DNA from: Basidiobolus meristosporus CBS 931.73
Lineage: Eukaryota > Fungi > Basidiobolomycota
Length of the DNA stretch: 64,000 nt
Reading direction: 5' to 3'
Assembly (NCBI GenBank): GCA_002104905.1
Contig: MCFE01000338.1
Coordinates: 1-64,000 of the forward strand
Below the pieces are notes generated by a model, which made no database searches, was not told where the DNA came from, and saw nothing but the letters and a program-made list of their open reading frames with translations. The position numbers and the translations under genes were made by a program. Numbering within the stretch: the stretch's first letter is position 1; the number at the start of each line of letters is the position of its first letter. Positions 61,888-64,000 of the stretch are shown here, in pieces.

Positions 61888-62502
61888 ATGTCTGACTCAG
61901 CAGCGCGAACAGTTGACCAACAACGCGACGATGAGGTCGTCAGAATACTGGGCTGTTTCAAGTTGAATCCCTTCGAGATCCTAAGCCTGGATCCCGAGAC
62001 CTGCACCAACGAAGACATCAAACTGAACTATCGAAAGAAATCGCTCCTGATACATCCAGACAAATGCCACCATCCGGAAGCCCAAACCGCCTTCGATCTG
62101 CTTAAAAAAGCCGAGGTTGACGCCAAGACCGACGAGAGGAAAGCCTTCATAACGAAGCTCCTTCTGGAGGCTAGGTTCGAAGTGAGCAAGGAGCAGGGGC
62201 TGAAACCGGATTCCGACAAGCTGAAAAAGGAATACAAACCTTTGGTCGAGCAGAAGCTGAAAAAGATCCTCATCGACATCGAGTGGAGAAAGCGAAAGCT
62301 ACAAAAACTCGAGTTGGAGAGAGAGGGCGCGGAGGCGTCCAAGAAAGAGGAGGAAATCAACGAGAGAAAGCGAAAGGTTCAGGAGCAGAAGCAATGGGAT
62401 GAAGGAAGAGAGGCGAGAGTGGGAAGCTGGCGAACCTTCCTGAACAAGAAAAGTAAAAAGAAGGGCGGGAACTTCAAGCCACCAAAGAGCGGCCCCAAGT
62501 GA
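61888..62502 (+). CDS. J-domain protein, DNAJC8/Spf31-like
   Basis: FKLNPFEIL, YRKKSLLIHPDK, WDEGREARVGSWRTF. Confidence 0.92.
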   Translation: MSDSAARTVDQQRDDEVVRILGCFKLNPFEILSLDPETCTNEDIKLNYRKKSLLIHPDKCHHPEAQTAFDLLKKAEVDAKTDERKAFITKLLLEARFEVSKEQGLKPDSDKLKKEYKPLVEQKLKKILIDIEWRKRKLQKLELEREGAEASKKEEEINERKRKVQEQKQWDEGREARVGSWRTFLNKKSKKKGGNFKPPKSGPK

Positions 62503-62992
62503 ATTGGAACTGAGCCTGGACTTGAGCCTTTGGTCCATGTATATTAGTGCTAATCTAATTGTTGGCTTATACTCACGTCAGTTTTCTTGTATTATATATG
62601 AAATTCTAATTCAATAAATGTTTTCCGAGTTCTGTTGGTATTTTAGAATGAATGCTGGTGCATTTCATATTATTTGCATGGAACTGAACCACCGTTCGAA
62701 GTTGCTTTCCATGGATGATCGTCGGTGATAATGCAGAGCTTCCGATGGTATACCTCTATGACGTTGATATAATGATCGATAATGTAGTCATTGTCATGAG
62801 CAGAGTATTAGGACAGTCGAGGCTGATTTCAAACGTTAATCTGGACTTGGTATTGTTGCCCCAGGTGACATCAATCCCTAATAGATCTCTCTTCACAATG
62901 CGTATTGATCTAATTGAACATCCAGCCAAGCATTGGTTTATAAAGCAAGCGAGTGTTAGGACAGTTGTCGCAATCATCGTTGCTAACTTAAT

Positions 62993-64000
62993 ATGTACCT
63001 CAAGTGGATTTGGTTGTTCTTGACTCTGAGATTTTCCAGTGAGGCGTTCCCTTTTACTCGTCCAACTTCGGGTATTTTTGGTGGGTCGGAGGTAAATCCA
63101 CCCTTCAGCTATCCCTGGATGGCTATGGTGTATGTCCGGACATCACAGACTCAGGCAACCTTCTGTGGTGGAACTCTGTTGGACAAGGAAACCATATTGA
63201 CTGCTGCTCACTGTGTAGATATGGCGGCCTCTCCCGAGGTGGTTATGATCCACCTCCATCGCCATAATCGGACACGCTCGGTCAATGACGAGCACGGTTA
63301 TGTAATCGGAGTGCGAGCAATCAATATCCATCCAGAATGGGATCGTAGGAGACTAATCAATGACTGTAAAGAGAGCACCTTTCCGAGCGGCTCCAAACGA
63401 ACCAACTCACTCACAACTTTTCATATGCAGATGCCGTTCTGAAGCTAAGCAAGCTCGCGCCTTACGGCAGTCCAATTCTGTTGGATGATGGCCAAGCATC
63501 CTCGCCTGGAGCCTTGGTGCGCACGCTGGGCTGGGGTAGATCGAGCGAACAGAGGACGGTTGACACCCTCCAACAAGCCAATCTACAGGTATTCACCAAC
63601 AAGAAGTGCGAGGCTTATTTGGGGGGCTTCGACTCTCGCGTTGAACTCTGCGCTGGCACCGATGCGGGAGACGAAAGTAATCTACCATGATGGTCACTTA
63701 CTCCGGAACACTTCCTAACCAATGGCTCAATCCATACAGACATATGCTTTGGTGACAGCGGTGGCCCGTTATTTCAAATTAATGATCAAGGGCTTCCCGT
63801 TTTGGTAGGCGTGACCAGCTTTACTCAGAACTGCGAACCAGGATTACCATCCGTAATGAGATTTCTTTTAGTGATCCTATTTACTCTCTATATTTGTAAT
63901 CCATTTAATCATTAGGGATTCGCTAAAGTCTCGGCTAGGAAGGCTTGGATTGAAGGATTCATGGTTCCGCCATCGTTCAACACGAGAGCCGAGCCACGAG
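62993..64000 (+). CDS. Secreted trypsin-like serine protease (S1A), multi-exon, 3' end outside window
   Basis: Signal peptide, IFGG, CGGTL..TAAHC, IND|..AVLKL, LGWG, CAG, GDSGGP, GVTSF. Confidence 0.92.

Overview
Gene-dense, intron-containing eukaryotic DNA with short (mostly ~50-70 nt) GT-AG introns. Gene content points to an early-diverging fungus (RAD51B, MCMBP, ZFYVE19-like, trypsin, AA11-type LPMO, PL14); a Zoopagomycota/Basidiobolus-like source is my inference, not a determination. About 40 protein-coding genes can be reconstructed by hand, mostly housekeeping (POL1, PCNA x2, RAD51B, MCMBP, TFG2, CDC50, GLO2, AGX1, ETR1, COX5, RCF2, FCF2, RRP36, p24, DNAJC8), interspersed with secreted/cell-wall genes. 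No rRNA, tRNA, CRISPR array or intact transposase was recognised. Best leads: (1) an intact multi-exon NIF3/DUF34 paralogue that has lost its metal-binding histidines and carries an in-frame N-terminal BED-type zinc finger; (2) an intronless secreted protein resembling an actinobacterial glycosidase accessory module (HGT candidate); (3) a tandem pair of very compact (~130 aa) His-brace LPMO-like proteins; (4) a head-to-head, near-identical PCNA pair next to POL1; (5) an 82-nt near-perfect hairpin in a divergent promoter. Five single-base frameshifts between 27.8 and 46.8 kb (PCNA copy, LPMO copy, GST, MCMBP x2) are most simply uncorrected sequencing errors. All family assignments come from recalled motifs, not database searches.
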